A stretch of 45,788 bases of DNA from Thermoanaerobaculia bacterium. GTDB lineage: Bacteria; Acidobacteriota; Thermoanaerobaculia; Multivoradales; UBA5704. Positions 17,354-26,852 of the stretch are shown here, one piece after another. The notes beneath the pieces were generated by a model, which saw only the letters and a program-made list of their open reading frames with translations, had not been told where the DNA came from and did not search any database. The DNA is taken from NCBI GenBank assembly GCA_044226625.1, contig JBGAGQ010000055.1:1-45788 (forward strand), written 5' to 3'. Position 1 is the first letter of the stretch; the number at the start of each line of letters is the position of its first letter. The position numbers were made by a program, and so were the translations under genes.

Positions 17354-18042
17354 AGCTCGCGCTCCGCGGGGTCCGCCTGCCATTGCCCGGGTTCACGCTC
17401 GAGGCCGACCTCGAGCTCACCGGCCGGATCGCCGGCCTGTTCGGCCCGTCGGGCGCGGGCAAGACCTCCCTCCTCGAGCTGATCGCCGGCCTGCGCCGCC
17501 CGGCCGCCGGGAGCCTACGCCTCGGCGACCGGCTGCTCGTCGACGAGGCTTCGCGCCGCTTCGTTCCGCCCGAGCGGCGGCGGATCGGCTACGTGCCGCA
17601 GGACGGCGCGCTCTTCCCCCACCTTTCGGTGCGCGGCAATCTGCTCTACGGCGTCCCGCGCGGCGATCGGACGGGAAACGGCGGCCGACGCCTCGGCGAG
17701 ATCGCCGAGGTGCTCGAGATCGCGCCGCTGCTCGACCGTGGCGTCGCCGGGCTTTCGGGCGGCGAGCGCCAACGGATCGCGCTCGGGCGCGCGCTGCTCG
17801 CCTCGCCCGAGCTGCTCCTGCTGGACGAGCCGTTCGCCGGGGTCGATCGCCCGCTGCGTGGCCGCATCCTGCCCGTCCTCGAGCGGGTGCGCGACGAGCT
17901 GCGGGTGCCGATGCTCTATGTAAGCCATGAGCCGGAGGAGATCCTCGCCCTCTGCGACGAGGCTCTGCGGCTCGATCGCGGCCGCGTCCTCGCCCACGGC
18001 ACGCCGGCCGAGGTCCTCCCGGCGATCTCTCCGGTCAGGTAG
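17350..18042 (+). CDS. modC: Molybdate ABC transporter ATPase (no TOBE domain)
   Basis: GPSGAGKT, LSGGERQR, LLLDEP, YVSH; ATGA overlap with modB. Confidence 0.9.
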   Translation: MKLALRGVRLPLPGFTLEADLELTGRIAGLFGPSGAGKTSLLELIAGLRRPAAGSLRLGDRLLVDEASRRFVPPERRRIGYVPQDGALFPHLSVRGNLLYGVPRGDRTGNGGRRLGEIAEVLEIAPLLDRGVAGLSGGERQRIALGRALLASPELLLLDEPFAGVDRPLRGRILPVLERVRDELRVPMLYVSHEPEEILALCDEALRLDRGRVLAHGTPAEVLPAISPVR

Positions 18043-19264
18043 CTCGTTCGAGCAGAAGCGCGGTCCAGTCGTCTTCGAGATCGGTCGAGGTCCCCGCCTG
18101 CAATCGCTCGAACAGGGCATCCAACCACGGTCCGGGCGTCGTGAACCGGCCGGCCGCGAGCTCGCCGATTCGTTCGGAGAGCGCTTCGTAGCCGAGCGGC
18201 TCGCCCTCTTTCGTCGGCGCCTCGGGAAGGCCGTCGGTGAACAGCAGCAGCCGATCGCCCGGGGCGAGCACGAGGTCGAGGGACCGGTACTCCACCTCGC
18301 GGCGTGCTCCGAGCGGTAGCCGCGGACCGGGCACCGCGAGAGGGCGCGGCGGGCTTTCGTTCGAGATTCGGTAGGGGTCCGGCAGACCGGCGTTCGCGAG
18401 GGAGAGAGCGCCGGTGGCCGGATCGAATCGGGCGTAGGCGAGAGCCACGAATTCGCGCGGCGAGAGCTCGGAGGAGAGACGACGGTTCAGCTCGCGGAGC
18501 GCCACCTCCGGGGTTCTCTCGGCGGCGAGAAAAGGCAACGTCGCCTTGACCGAGGCCATGATCAGCGCGGCCGCCATCCCCTTGCCCGCAACGTCCGCCA
18601 CGACCAGACCGAGAGCGCCTTCGGCGAGCGGAAAGACGTCGTAAAAATCGCCCGCGACCACGCGGGCCGCGAGGTTACGCGCGGCGATCCGATAGATCCC
18701 CCCTTCGATCTCCGAGGGCGGCAGCAGCCGGCTCTGGAGGCCGCGCGCCAGATGCAGCTCGCGCTCGGCGAATTCGACCTCCTTGACCCGGGCGACGCTC
18801 GCCGCCAACCGGTTGTTCAGGAACTCGTAGGTGTAGATCAGCAGGCCCACCACAATCGCGGTTCCGCCGCCCATCACGAACAACGGATAGAGGATCGAAC
18901 GCCAGGGAAACTCGCGGAGCCCCCCCTGCCAGGCGATCTGGCTCACCGCCACGAGCAGAAACCCGGAAATGCCGGACACGAACAGGATGACGGCGAGCAG
19001 GGCGAGCCGCTTCGCGCCCTGGCGGCGCTCGATCCAGGGCCACAGGAGCTGGATCAGACTTTGACCGATGGCGTAGATCGAGAGGGAGACGAGGACCGAG
19101 GTGGCGACCATGCCGAACGATGGAATGCCTCGGCCGAGGCTCGTGACCGCCGCGACCCCCACGCCGATCAGAATACAGACCAGAACCCGCCGCCCGACGA
19201 CCGCGAGCGGTAGCAGGGGGCGCACGGAGGACCCGGAAGCGGGCGGTCGAAGGCGGGACTCCAT
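18035..19264 (-). CDS. Membrane-bound SpoIIE/RsbU-type PP2C phosphatase
   Basis: Four N-terminal TM segments; VAGDFYD, VADVAGKG, ANAG, FTDGL.EA, DDWT. Start approximate. Confidence 0.85.
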   Translation of the reverse strand: MESRLRPPASGSSVRPLLPLAVVGRRVLVCILIGVGVAAVTSLGRGIPSFGMVATSVLVSLSIYAIGQSLIQLLWPWIERRQGAKRLALLAVILFVSGISGFLLVAVSQIAWQGGLREFPWRSILYPLFVMGGGTAIVVGLLIYTYEFLNNRLAASVARVKEVEFAERELHLARGLQSRLLPPSEIEGGIYRIAARNLAARVVAGDFYDVFPLAEGALGLVVADVAGKGMAAALIMASVKATLPFLAAERTPEVALRELNRRLSSELSPREFVALAYARFDPATGALSLANAGLPDPYRISNESPPRPLAVPGPRLPLGARREVEYRSLDLVLAPGDRLLLFTDGLPEAPTKEGEPLGYEALSERIGELAAGRFTTPGPWLDALFERLQAGTSTDLEDDWTALLLERAT

Positions 19265-19324
19265 TCGTAGCTTACGTCGCCCCGAGAAGAGGGTTTCCGC
19301 GGGCACGGCGCACCCGCGGAGCGC

Positions 19325-19458
19325 TAGCCGGCTGCTGAAAGACTCTCCTCCCGTCGCAGAGTTCCCGACGGCGACCCCAGCCTGTGTGAGCGAAGCGAGT
19401 CACGTGGGGCGCCCGCCGGGAATCTCCTGCGACGAAGGAGTCTTGCAGCACCCTGCTA
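19325..19458. repeat. MITE/REP-like long palindromic element (about 134 bp)
   Basis: Terminal inverted repeats TAGCCGGCTGCTGAAAGACTCT and (reverse complement) TAGCAGGGTGCTGCAAGACTCC match at 18/22. Internal arms CGTCGCAG..TTCCCG..CCCCA and TGGGG..CGGGAA..CTGCGACG also pair. Confidence 0.6.
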
Positions 19459-20781
19459 CAGCAGCGTACCGCGCAGGAACAAGCTCGCCATCGTGAAATA
19501 GATGACGAGGCCCGTGACGTCGACCAGGGTGGCGACGAACGGGGCCGAGGCGCTCGCCGGGTCGAATCCCAAGCGTCTCAGGAACAGCGGCAGCATCGAG
19601 CCGCAGAGGGTGCCGAAAAGAACGACCCCCACCAGGCTGAGCGAGACGGTCGCCGCGACCAGCAGGTAATGCTCGCCGTAGCTCTTGAAGATTTTTTGCC
19701 AGGCGACGATGCGGGCGAAACCGATCGCGGCGAGCACGGCGCCGAGCGCGAGGCCGGCCGAAAGCTCGCGCCGGATGACACGCCACCAGTCGCGCAGGCG
19801 CACCTCGCCGAGCGCCATCGCGCGCACGACGAGGGTCGAGGCCTGCGAGCCGGAGTTGCCGCCGCTCGAGATGATCAGCGGCAGGAAGACGGCGAGCACG
19901 ACCGCTTTGTCGATCTCCTTCTCGTAGAACGCCATCGCGGTCGCCGTGAGCATCTCGCCGAGGAACAGCGCGGAGAGCCAGCCGGCCCGCTTCTTCAACA
20001 TCTCCCAGAAGTGGATCTGCAGGTAGGGCTCTTCGAGGGCGGCCTGACCGCCCAACTTCTGGATGTCCTCGGTCGCCTCTTCCTCGGCGACGTCCGCGAC
20101 ATCGTCGAACGTGACGATGCCTTTCATCCGGTTCTCGGCGTCGACGACCGGAATCGCGATCAGGTCGTAGCGCGCGAACATCTGGGAGACCTCTTCCTGA
20201 TCGGTCTCTTCGGGGATCGTCACCAGGTCGTCCGCCGGCACCATCAGGTCGCGGATCAGCGCGTCGCCCGAGGCGGAGAACAGCGAGCGGAACGAGACCA
20301 CGCCGAGCAGATGCTGCTCGGCGTCGAGCACGTAGGCGTAATAGATCAGGGCGGTCCGGTCGCGCGATTGGCGGCGCAGGTAGCGCAGCGCCTCCTCGAC
20401 CGTCATGTCGGGACGGACGCGCGAGTAGCGCGGGCTCATCAGGCCACCCGCCTCGTCCTCGGCGTAGGCGAGCAGCGCGCGCACCTCCCGGCGGGCGACG
20501 TCGTCGAGCAGGGAGATCAGCTCGTCGCGCAGCTCGGCTGGCGCTTCCTGGAGGAGGTCGGCCGCGTCGTCCGGCTCGTACGAGCGCATCCAGAGCCGGC
20601 GTTCGACGAGCGGCAGCGAGCCGAGCAGCCGCGCCTGCTCGTGAGGCGACAGGTTGAGCAGGAACTCCTCCGCCTCCTCGCGCGACAACAGCTCGAACCC
20701 CTCGACGCGGTCCTCGGGAGCGAGGATCTGCCACGCCTCGTCGAGCTCTTCGGCCGAGAGCTTTTGTTCCGTCTCCGGCAA
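19456..20781 (-). CDS. mgtE: Magnesium transporter MgtE
   Basis: MgtE_N, AGGLM and CBS pair, EEATEDI, KRAGWL, SSGGNSGSQAST, DPASASAPFVATLVDVTG. Confidence 0.95.
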   Translation of the reverse strand: MPETEQKLSAEELDEAWQILAPEDRVEGFELLSREEAEEFLLNLSPHEQARLLGSLPLVERRLWMRSYEPDDAADLLQEAPAELRDELISLLDDVARREVRALLAYAEDEAGGLMSPRYSRVRPDMTVEEALRYLRRQSRDRTALIYYAYVLDAEQHLLGVVSFRSLFSASGDALIRDLMVPADDLVTIPEETDQEEVSQMFARYDLIAIPVVDAENRMKGIVTFDDVADVAEEEATEDIQKLGGQAALEEPYLQIHFWEMLKKRAGWLSALFLGEMLTATAMAFYEKEIDKAVVLAVFLPLIISSGGNSGSQASTLVVRAMALGEVRLRDWWRVIRRELSAGLALGAVLAAIGFARIVAWQKIFKSYGEHYLLVAATVSLSLVGVVLFGTLCGSMLPLFLRRLGFDPASASAPFVATLVDVTGLVIYFTMASLFLRGTLL

Positions 20782-21000
20782 GGGGTGACCCTCCTCGAAT
20801 CGAAAGGCCCCGGAGGTCCGGGGCCCACGGGCGCTCGATGATCCACGGTTTGCCCCCGGCTGACAAGCCCCTGGAGAAAGACCCGGCGACCCGGTCCGAG
20901 TCGCCCCCCCTCCCGGAGGATTTCCCGACGAGGCCCGGCCTTTACGGTGCCTTCGGACGAATTTGCGCTCCCCCTCTAGACATTCGCCTCTTCGGAGAGT

Positions 21001-21022
21001 AAATTTTGAGCGCCCAAAATTT
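21001..21022. promoter_or_regulatory. AT-rich palindrome upstream of mntH, candidate DtxR/MntR-type operator
   Basis: AAATTTTG-AGCGCC-CAAAATTT has perfect 8-bp arms and lies about 20 bp before the mntH start in a GC-rich background. Confidence 0.6.
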
Positions 21023-21041
21023 TTGAGGTCCGAGGTTTCCC

Positions 21042-22955
21042 ATGGCTACCGATTCCGCACCGGCAACGTCCCCCATTCCCTCGACGCCATCGCTCCAGGA
21101 GGTGCACCGGAGCGTAGGGATTCCGACCGCGCCCGGCTTCTGGCGGCGGCTCTTCGCGTTCGCCGGCCCGGCCTACATGGTGAGCGTCGGTTACATGGAC
21201 CCGGGCAACTGGGCGACCGACATCGAAGGCGGATCGCGGTTCGCCTACCAGCTGCTCTGGGTCCTGCTGATGTCGAACCTGATGGCGGTGCTTCTCCAGA
21301 CGCTCTCGGCCCGGCTCGGCATCGTCACCGGCCGCGATCTCGCGCAGGGGTGCCGCGACGCCTATCCGCGTCCGGTGGCGCTCGCGCTCTGGATCCTTTG
21401 CGAGCTCGCGATCGGCGCCTGCGACCTCGCCGAGGTGCTCGGTACGGCGATCGGCCTCCAGCTGCTGTTCGGGATTCCGCTGATGACCGGCGTGCTGATC
21501 ACCGCGTTCGACGTCTTCCTGCTGCTCGCCATGCAGCGGCTGGGCATCCGCAAGATGGAGGCGTTCATCCTCACTCTCGTGGCGACGATCGGCGCCTGCT
21601 ACATCGTCGAGATCTTCCTCGCGAAACCCGAATGGGGGCCCCTGCTCGCGGGCTTCCGTCCGCACCTCGAGTCGACCGAGGCGCTCTACATCGCGATCGG
21701 CATGCTCGGCGCGACGGTGATGCCGCACAACCTCTATCTCCACTCCGCTCTGGTGCAGACCCGCCAGGTGCCGCCCACCTCGGAAGGGAAGCGCCGCGCG
21801 AACCGATACAACTTCATCGATTCGGCCGTGGCGCTCAACTGCGCGTTCTTCGTCAACGCCGCGATCCTCGTGCTCGCCGCCTCGGCCTTCCACCGCAACG
21901 GCGTCGTGGTGACCGAGCTGGGCCAGGCGCACAAGCTGCTCACTCCGCTCCTCGGCACGACGATCGCGAGCACGGCCTTCGCGGTCGCCCTGCTGATCGC
22001 CGGCCAGAGCTCGACGCTCACCGGCACGCTCGCGGGCCAGGTGGTGATGGAAGGCTTCCTCGATTTCCGGATGCGTCCGTGGCTCCGCCGCCTGCTCACC
22101 CGCAGCCTGGCGCTGGTCCCGGCGGTAATCACCATCGCGCTGCTGGGCGACAAGGCGACCTACAAGCTGCTGATCCTGTCGCAGGTCATCCTCTCCATGC
22201 AGCTGCCGTTCGCGGTCATCCCGCTCGTCCAGCTGACCAGCGACAAGCGCCGGATGGGCGAGTTCGCTAACCCGATCTGGATGAAGATCCTCGCCTGGAC
22301 GACCGCGATCGTGATCATCGCGCTCAACATCAAGCTGGTGATCGGCGTCACCGGCGAATGGATGACGGCGGGACTCCATCCTCTGGCCCGGATCGCGCTG
22401 ATCGTCGCCCTGAGCACGATCGGCCTGCTGCTCCTCTACGTGGCGCTCCACCCGACGCTGCGCAAGCTACGGCGGCGCGGCCGGACCAGCCTCGCCGAGG
22501 AAGCGGTGCAGGAAGGCCCCACGCTCCGGGAGGACCTCGGCTACCGGCGCATCGCGGTCGCGCTCGCGGTCGACAGCCACGACCAGGCGGTGCTCGACCA
22601 CGGCCTGTCGCTCGCCCGAGCGCAGCGGTCGGAGCTGCTCCTCCTCCACGTCGCGGAGGGCTTCGGCCCGCGCTACTTCGGCGGCGAGTCGACCGACGAG
22701 GAGACGAGGGACGACGCGAAATACCTCGATCGAGCGAAAGAAGCCGTCGAGAAGCTCGGCGTCACGGCCCGCGTGCGCCTGCTCTACGGCGACCCCGTGG
22801 TCCAGATCCCCAAGGCGGTCGAAGAATTGAACGTCGACCTTCTCGTCATGGGCTCCCACGGCCATCGCCTGGTCGGCGACATCTTCTTCGGCTCGACCGT
22901 CGAGCCGGTGCGCCACCGGGTGAAGATCCCGGTGTTGGTGGTGCGGTCGGATTGA
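21042..22955 (+). CDS. mntH: Nramp Mn2+/Fe2+ transporter fused to a C-terminal universal stress protein domain
   Basis: YMDPGN, MPHNLYLHS, GQSSTLTGTLAGQVVMEGF; C-terminal USP motifs LLHV, LLVMGSHGH, GST and IPVLVV. Confidence 0.93.
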   Translation: MATDSAPATSPIPSTPSLQEVHRSVGIPTAPGFWRRLFAFAGPAYMVSVGYMDPGNWATDIEGGSRFAYQLLWVLLMSNLMAVLLQTLSARLGIVTGRDLAQGCRDAYPRPVALALWILCELAIGACDLAEVLGTAIGLQLLFGIPLMTGVLITAFDVFLLLAMQRLGIRKMEAFILTLVATIGACYIVEIFLAKPEWGPLLAGFRPHLESTEALYIAIGMLGATVMPHNLYLHSALVQTRQVPPTSEGKRRANRYNFIDSAVALNCAFFVNAAILVLAASAFHRNGVVVTELGQAHKLLTPLLGTTIASTAFAVALLIAGQSSTLTGTLAGQVVMEGFLDFRMRPWLRRLLTRSLALVPAVITIALLGDKATYKLLILSQVILSMQLPFAVIPLVQLTSDKRRMGEFANPIWMKILAWTTAIVIIALNIKLVIGVTGEWMTAGLHPLARIALIVALSTIGLLLLYVALHPTLRKLRRRGRTSLAEEAVQEGPTLREDLGYRRIAVALAVDSHDQAVLDHGLSLARAQRSELLLLHVAEGFGPRYFGGESTDEETRDDAKYLDRAKEAVEKLGVTARVRLLYGDPVVQIPKAVEELNVDLLVMGSHGHRLVGDIFFGSTVEPVRHRVKIPVLVVRSD

Positions 22956-22984
22956 GGAACGCGCGCGGCCGCGCGAGGTGCTTC

Positions 22985-24271
22985 TCAATTTTTGGGCTGG
23001 GGGGATTCTTCGAAGGGGTTCGCCGCGAAGATCGTCAGCTCGAGCTCGGCGTCGTCGATCAACCGGTACTCCGGCCTCTTGCCGGAGATCGCCTCGCTGC
23101 GGTCGAGGATGATCGGTACGCCTTCTCCACGGCGGTCCATCAGGGTCCGACGATCGGTCTGAAACCAGGGATCGTCGGGGATCGGGCAACGGGCGAGGAG
23201 GCTGGTGATCACTTCGTTTCGGGCCGATTGGCGATACCGCATGCTGCCGATGTCCATGGTGTTCGGCAGCGCACCCGGTGAATACAGGACGATCCGATCC
23301 TCGTAGAGCCGCAAGCGGATCTTCGAGCCATAGATCGAATAGTCGCGGTGTGCCACCGCGTTGACCACGGCTTCCAGCACGCTCGAAGAATCGAACGCGG
23401 GGAGGTCGATGCGCCCGAAGTCCTTGCGCGCCGCCACGCGCGAGTTGCGGGCGACGAAGCGGCAAGCCTCGATGATCTGCTCGTCGAGCGGTCCCGCGAA
23501 GTCCTTGGCGTCGATCTGGTAGGGGCTGCCGGAGGTCTCCGGCACCGAGGAGGAACCCGCGTAGGCGACCGCTTGAACGAAGGCGTTCGGGAGAAACCGG
23601 CGTGGCGCCCGGCTCGCCACGAGGACTCCGGCCACCGTGGGACGCCAAATGCCGTCGTCGTCGCGCCGCGCCATGCCTTGCTTCGACAAGAACTCTTCCC
23701 GGTTGCCCTGGGATCGCGAAGTTCGGAACCGTTCCCACAGCACCGGATCCAGATCGTCGAGCGTGGCCTCGGCGACGGCCTGCTCGTCGAACCGGATGAT
23801 CCGCGTTTGGCTCCGCTGCTGGAACAGCCGTGCCAAGGCGTCCGGGCGAAGAGGCCGCTTCGAGCTTCCCACCCGATGGAAATATCCACCCGGGCTCCGA
23901 TGGACGAAAAGGCTCTTGGGGATGTCGACCTTGAGGACCGCTCGCTCGACACCCTCGCCGTCCGGCAGAGTCGTTCGGAGGATGTACGCGTTGACGGGAG
24001 GATCGCTGCAGTCGCGGACCGCTTCCTGCACGAGGGTCTCGACGAGGTCGAGCTTCTCGATCGGGATCCCTTCGATGGCGCGGCTCTTGTCGTCCACGCC
24101 CAGCACCAGAACTCCCTCTCTCGTGTTCGCGATCGCCGCGATCTCGTCGGCCAGATCGTCTCGCGCCGGGCCGCGGACCTTCTCGCCCGCGAAACGGACC
24201 GCCTTCAGCTCGAGGACGGTGTCCTCGCCGAGGCGGATCTTCTCCAACAGCTCTGGCTTCGAATCGAACAC
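22985..24271 (-). CDS. AlbA_2 (Schlafen-like) plus HATPase_c_4 protein
   Basis: GED..LELK, IAAIANT.EGVLVLGVDD, EAVVNAVAHRDYS, DRI..YSPGAL, RNEVI, DRRGEGV. GTG start at 24271 chosen by domain start and an upstream -10 element. Confidence 0.85.
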   Translation of the reverse strand: MFDSKPELLEKIRLGEDTVLELKAVRFAGEKVRGPARDDLADEIAAIANTREGVLVLGVDDKSRAIEGIPIEKLDLVETLVQEAVRDCSDPPVNAYILRTTLPDGEGVERAVLKVDIPKSLFVHRSPGGYFHRVGSSKRPLRPDALARLFQQRSQTRIIRFDEQAVAEATLDDLDPVLWERFRTSRSQGNREEFLSKQGMARRDDDGIWRPTVAGVLVASRAPRRFLPNAFVQAVAYAGSSSVPETSGSPYQIDAKDFAGPLDEQIIEACRFVARNSRVAARKDFGRIDLPAFDSSSVLEAVVNAVAHRDYSIYGSKIRLRLYEDRIVLYSPGALPNTMDIGSMRYRQSARNEVITSLLARCPIPDDPWFQTDRRTLMDRRGEGVPIILDRSEAISGKRPEYRLIDDAELELTIFAANPFEESPQPKN

Positions 24272-24314
24272 GGAGGCAAGGATAACCGATCCCTCGGCGG
24301 GCCCGCTTTGGCCT

Positions 24315-25367
24315 CTACTCCCCGATCTCCACCTCGACATAAGGGGGGAACGGCTGGATGTTCGTGAGGTCGTTTTCGAGCAGGGCGACCTCGCCGTTCT
24401 TTTCGATCTGTTTGAAGCCGGCGAATTTGTAGGTGACCAGCATCATGCGGTTGCGGTCGTTGTTGACGAACTCGGCGCGCAGGCGGACCCCCGCGCGTCG
24501 GGCGCGGTCGAGGATGTGGTGGACGAGGATGGTGCCCACGCCTTTCGACATAACGCGGCACGACATGAGGAGGAGCTTGACGGTCCAAACGTCGGGCTTT
24601 TCCGAAGTCCCCAGCTCGATCAGGCAGAGTCCGATCTTGCCATAGGTTCCGTACCGGTCTTCGAGGCTCGCGACCAGGAGCAGGTGGTCGGGCGAGCGGC
24701 GGAAGGCGTCGAGCTCGTCGTAGGAGTAGGTATAGCCGGTCGTGTTGAGCTGGTGGGTCCGGACGGTCAGCTCTTCGGCGCGCTTCAAGTCCTCTTCCCG
24801 CGCCGGAGCGATCGAGAACTTCATGTCGAGGGTCGCGAGGAATTCGTCCTTGGCGCCGACGTAGCTCTCCTCCGCCTCGTTGCGCTCGATGTCGGCGCGG
24901 TACATGTGGCGCCTTCGGCTCGAGTCCTCGGTGACGAAGCGTGGGGTGAGCTCCGGCATCTCGGCCAGCCGGGAGACCTCCGTGGCGTCGAGGCAGAGCA
25001 CCTGCGGAAGCGAAAAGGTCACCTCGTCGCGCTCGTGCGGCTGGTCGTCGACGAACGCGAACGCGTCGAGGCCGAGGTTCAGGTCCTTCGCGATCTGCTC
25101 GACCGAGCCGCTCTTTGGGTTCCAGTGGATCTGCGGATAGAGGAAAAACTCGGCGAGACCGAGCTCTTCGAGCTTCGCGAGCGCCATCGACCGGTCGTTT
25201 CGGCTGGCGATCGAATGGAGGACGCCGCGGGCGTCGAGCGCTTCGATCGCCTCGCGCACGCCGGGCCGCAAGCGCACGTCGGGATCCTCGAGCAGGATGC
25301 CGTCCCAGACGGTGTGGTCGAGATCCCACACCACGCATTTGATCGATCCCGCTTTACGCATGCTCAT
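24315..25367 (-). CDS. fkbH: FkbH-like glyceryl-ACP synthase (HAD-IIIC plus GNAT-like domain)
   Basis: KCVVWDLDHTVWDG, SIASRN, FVDDQPHER, RTHQLNTTG, LMSCRV. Confidence 0.92.
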   Translation of the reverse strand: MSMRKAGSIKCVVWDLDHTVWDGILLEDPDVRLRPGVREAIEALDARGVLHSIASRNDRSMALAKLEELGLAEFFLYPQIHWNPKSGSVEQIAKDLNLGLDAFAFVDDQPHERDEVTFSLPQVLCLDATEVSRLAEMPELTPRFVTEDSSRRRHMYRADIERNEAEESYVGAKDEFLATLDMKFSIAPAREEDLKRAEELTVRTHQLNTTGYTYSYDELDAFRRSPDHLLLVASLEDRYGTYGKIGLCLIELGTSEKPDVWTVKLLLMSCRVMSKGVGTILVHHILDRARRAGVRLRAEFVNNDRNRMMLVTYKFAGFKQIEKNGEVALLENDLTNIQPFPPYVEVEIGE

Positions 25368-25417
25368 CGGTTCCGGTTCGAGACTCGCGCTCGCAATTCA
25401 GGGTCAAAGGTTCCGAA

Positions 25418-26551
25418 TCAAAACTCGGGAAGATCGAAACGAGGGATCGCGAGCTGTTGGATCTGGGTCGAGCCCTCGATGATCTCCATCACCTTGGAAT
25501 CGCGGAGATAGCGTGCGACGGGCGAATCGGGCGCGCAGCCGTTCGCCCCTTGAATCTGCACCGCGTCGTTCGCCCCCTTGGCCGCGACGACGGAAGCAAA
25601 GTATTTCGCGATCATCGTCTCGGCGAACGCCGCCGGATCGTTGCGTTCCTGGAGAAACGAGGCGCGCAGACAGAGGAGCCGGCCGGCGCGGACGTTCGCG
25701 ATCATCTCGGCGATCATGGCGCGGATCAACGGGTGCTCGGCGAGCGGCGCGCCGAACTGCACCCGCTCGGCGGCGTACCGCCGCGACGCGTCGAGAGATG
25801 CTTGCAGGATGCCGATCGAGCCCCAGGCGACGCTCAGTCGGCCGAGCTCCAAGACGGACGCCGCGACGTGGGAGATGCCGAACCCGGGGCGGCCGAGCAT
25901 CGCCCACCGCTCCAGCCGACAACCGTCGAAACGGATCTCCGCGAGCATCGAGGCGCGCGTGCCGTGCATGCCGCCGATCGGCACGACCGAGAGACCGGGC
26001 GTTCCGCGCTCGACCACGAACGCGGCGGGTTGGCCCGCCACTTTGGCGAAGACCAGGAAGAAATCGGCGATCTGGGCGAACGTGATCCACTTTTTGGTGC
26101 CGAAAAGCCGGTAGCCGTCGCCGTCCTCGTCCGCTCGGGTTTCGATCGAGGCGGCGTCGCTCCCCGTTCCCGGCTCCGAGAGCGCGAACGCGCCGAGCCG
26201 CTCACCCCGTGCGAGCAGTGGGAGATAACGCTCCTTGGCCTCCGGCTTACCCCACCTCGTGAGCGAGTGCGCGAGCATGTCGTGGACGGTGAGCAGCGAC
26301 CGGGTGGACGAGCAGACACGCCCGATCTCCTCGGTGAGCAGGCCGTAGGTGATCCGGTCGAAGCCGGCGCCGCCGATCTCCCGGGGCAGGAGCGAGCCGA
26401 GGAAACCGTGGCGCGCGAGGTCGTCGATCAGGTCGCGAGGGATCCGCTCTTCACGGTCCCAAACGTCGGCGAAAGGGGCGATGCGCTCCGTCGCGAACGC
26501 GCGGAAGCGTTCGCGCGCGGCGCGCTGTTCGGCGGATAGATCCAGATCCAT
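25418..26551 (-). CDS. fkbI: Acyl-ACP/CoA dehydrogenase, FkbI-like
   Basis: AFALSEPGTGSD, GTKKWIT, ERVQFG, VQIQGANG, RDSKVMEIIEGSTQIQ. An alternative TTG start lies at 26581. Confidence 0.85.
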   Translation of the reverse strand: MDLDLSAEQRAARERFRAFATERIAPFADVWDREERIPRDLIDDLARHGFLGSLLPREIGGAGFDRITYGLLTEEIGRVCSSTRSLLTVHDMLAHSLTRWGKPEAKERYLPLLARGERLGAFALSEPGTGSDAASIETRADEDGDGYRLFGTKKWITFAQIADFFLVFAKVAGQPAAFVVERGTPGLSVVPIGGMHGTRASMLAEIRFDGCRLERWAMLGRPGFGISHVAASVLELGRLSVAWGSIGILQASLDASRRYAAERVQFGAPLAEHPLIRAMIAEMIANVRAGRLLCLRASFLQERNDPAAFAETMIAKYFASVVAAKGANDAVQIQGANGCAPDSPVARYLRDSKVMEIIEGSTQIQQLAIPRFDLPEF

Positions 26552-26577
26552 GACGGAGGACGCTCGAACGAGGGGGC

Positions 26578-26841
26578 TCAACCGGCGGAAACCGGAGCGC
26601 CCCGCTTCTTCGCGATCAGCCGCTCGATCGCGACGATCGAGCGGAAGTTGTCGAGGTCGAGGTCCTCGTCTTCCACCGTCAGACCGAACTCCTTCTCGAC
26701 GAAAGCGACGAGCTGCATCGCGAGCAGCGAGTTGACGAAGCCGAGCGAGAAGATGTCTTCCGCCGGCTGGAGGTCGTGATTCTTGAAAAAACGCGAGAGG
26801 AATTCTTTGATCTTGGCCTGGGTCTCGTTCAGTTCGCTCAT
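26578..26841 (-). CDS. fkbJ: Acyl carrier protein, FkbJ-like
   Basis: 87 aa; DIFSLGFVNSLLAMQLVAFVEKEF has the NSL phosphopantetheine site typical of these ACPs. Confidence 0.88.
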   Translation of the reverse strand: MSELNETQAKIKEFLSRFFKNHDLQPAEDIFSLGFVNSLLAMQLVAFVEKEFGLTVEDEDLDLDNFRSIVAIERLIAKKRGAPVSAG

Positions 26842-26852
26842 GGTTCGGATTC

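Noticed and set aside
20790-21000. Mg2+ (M-box) or Mn2+ (yybP-ykoY) riboswitch upstream of mgtE
   Set aside because: GC-rich stems are present but I could not recognise the conserved cores; an Rfam scan would be needed.
23637-25511. 624-aa plus-strand ORF
   Set aside because: Antisense shadow of the AlbA_2 and fkbH genes.
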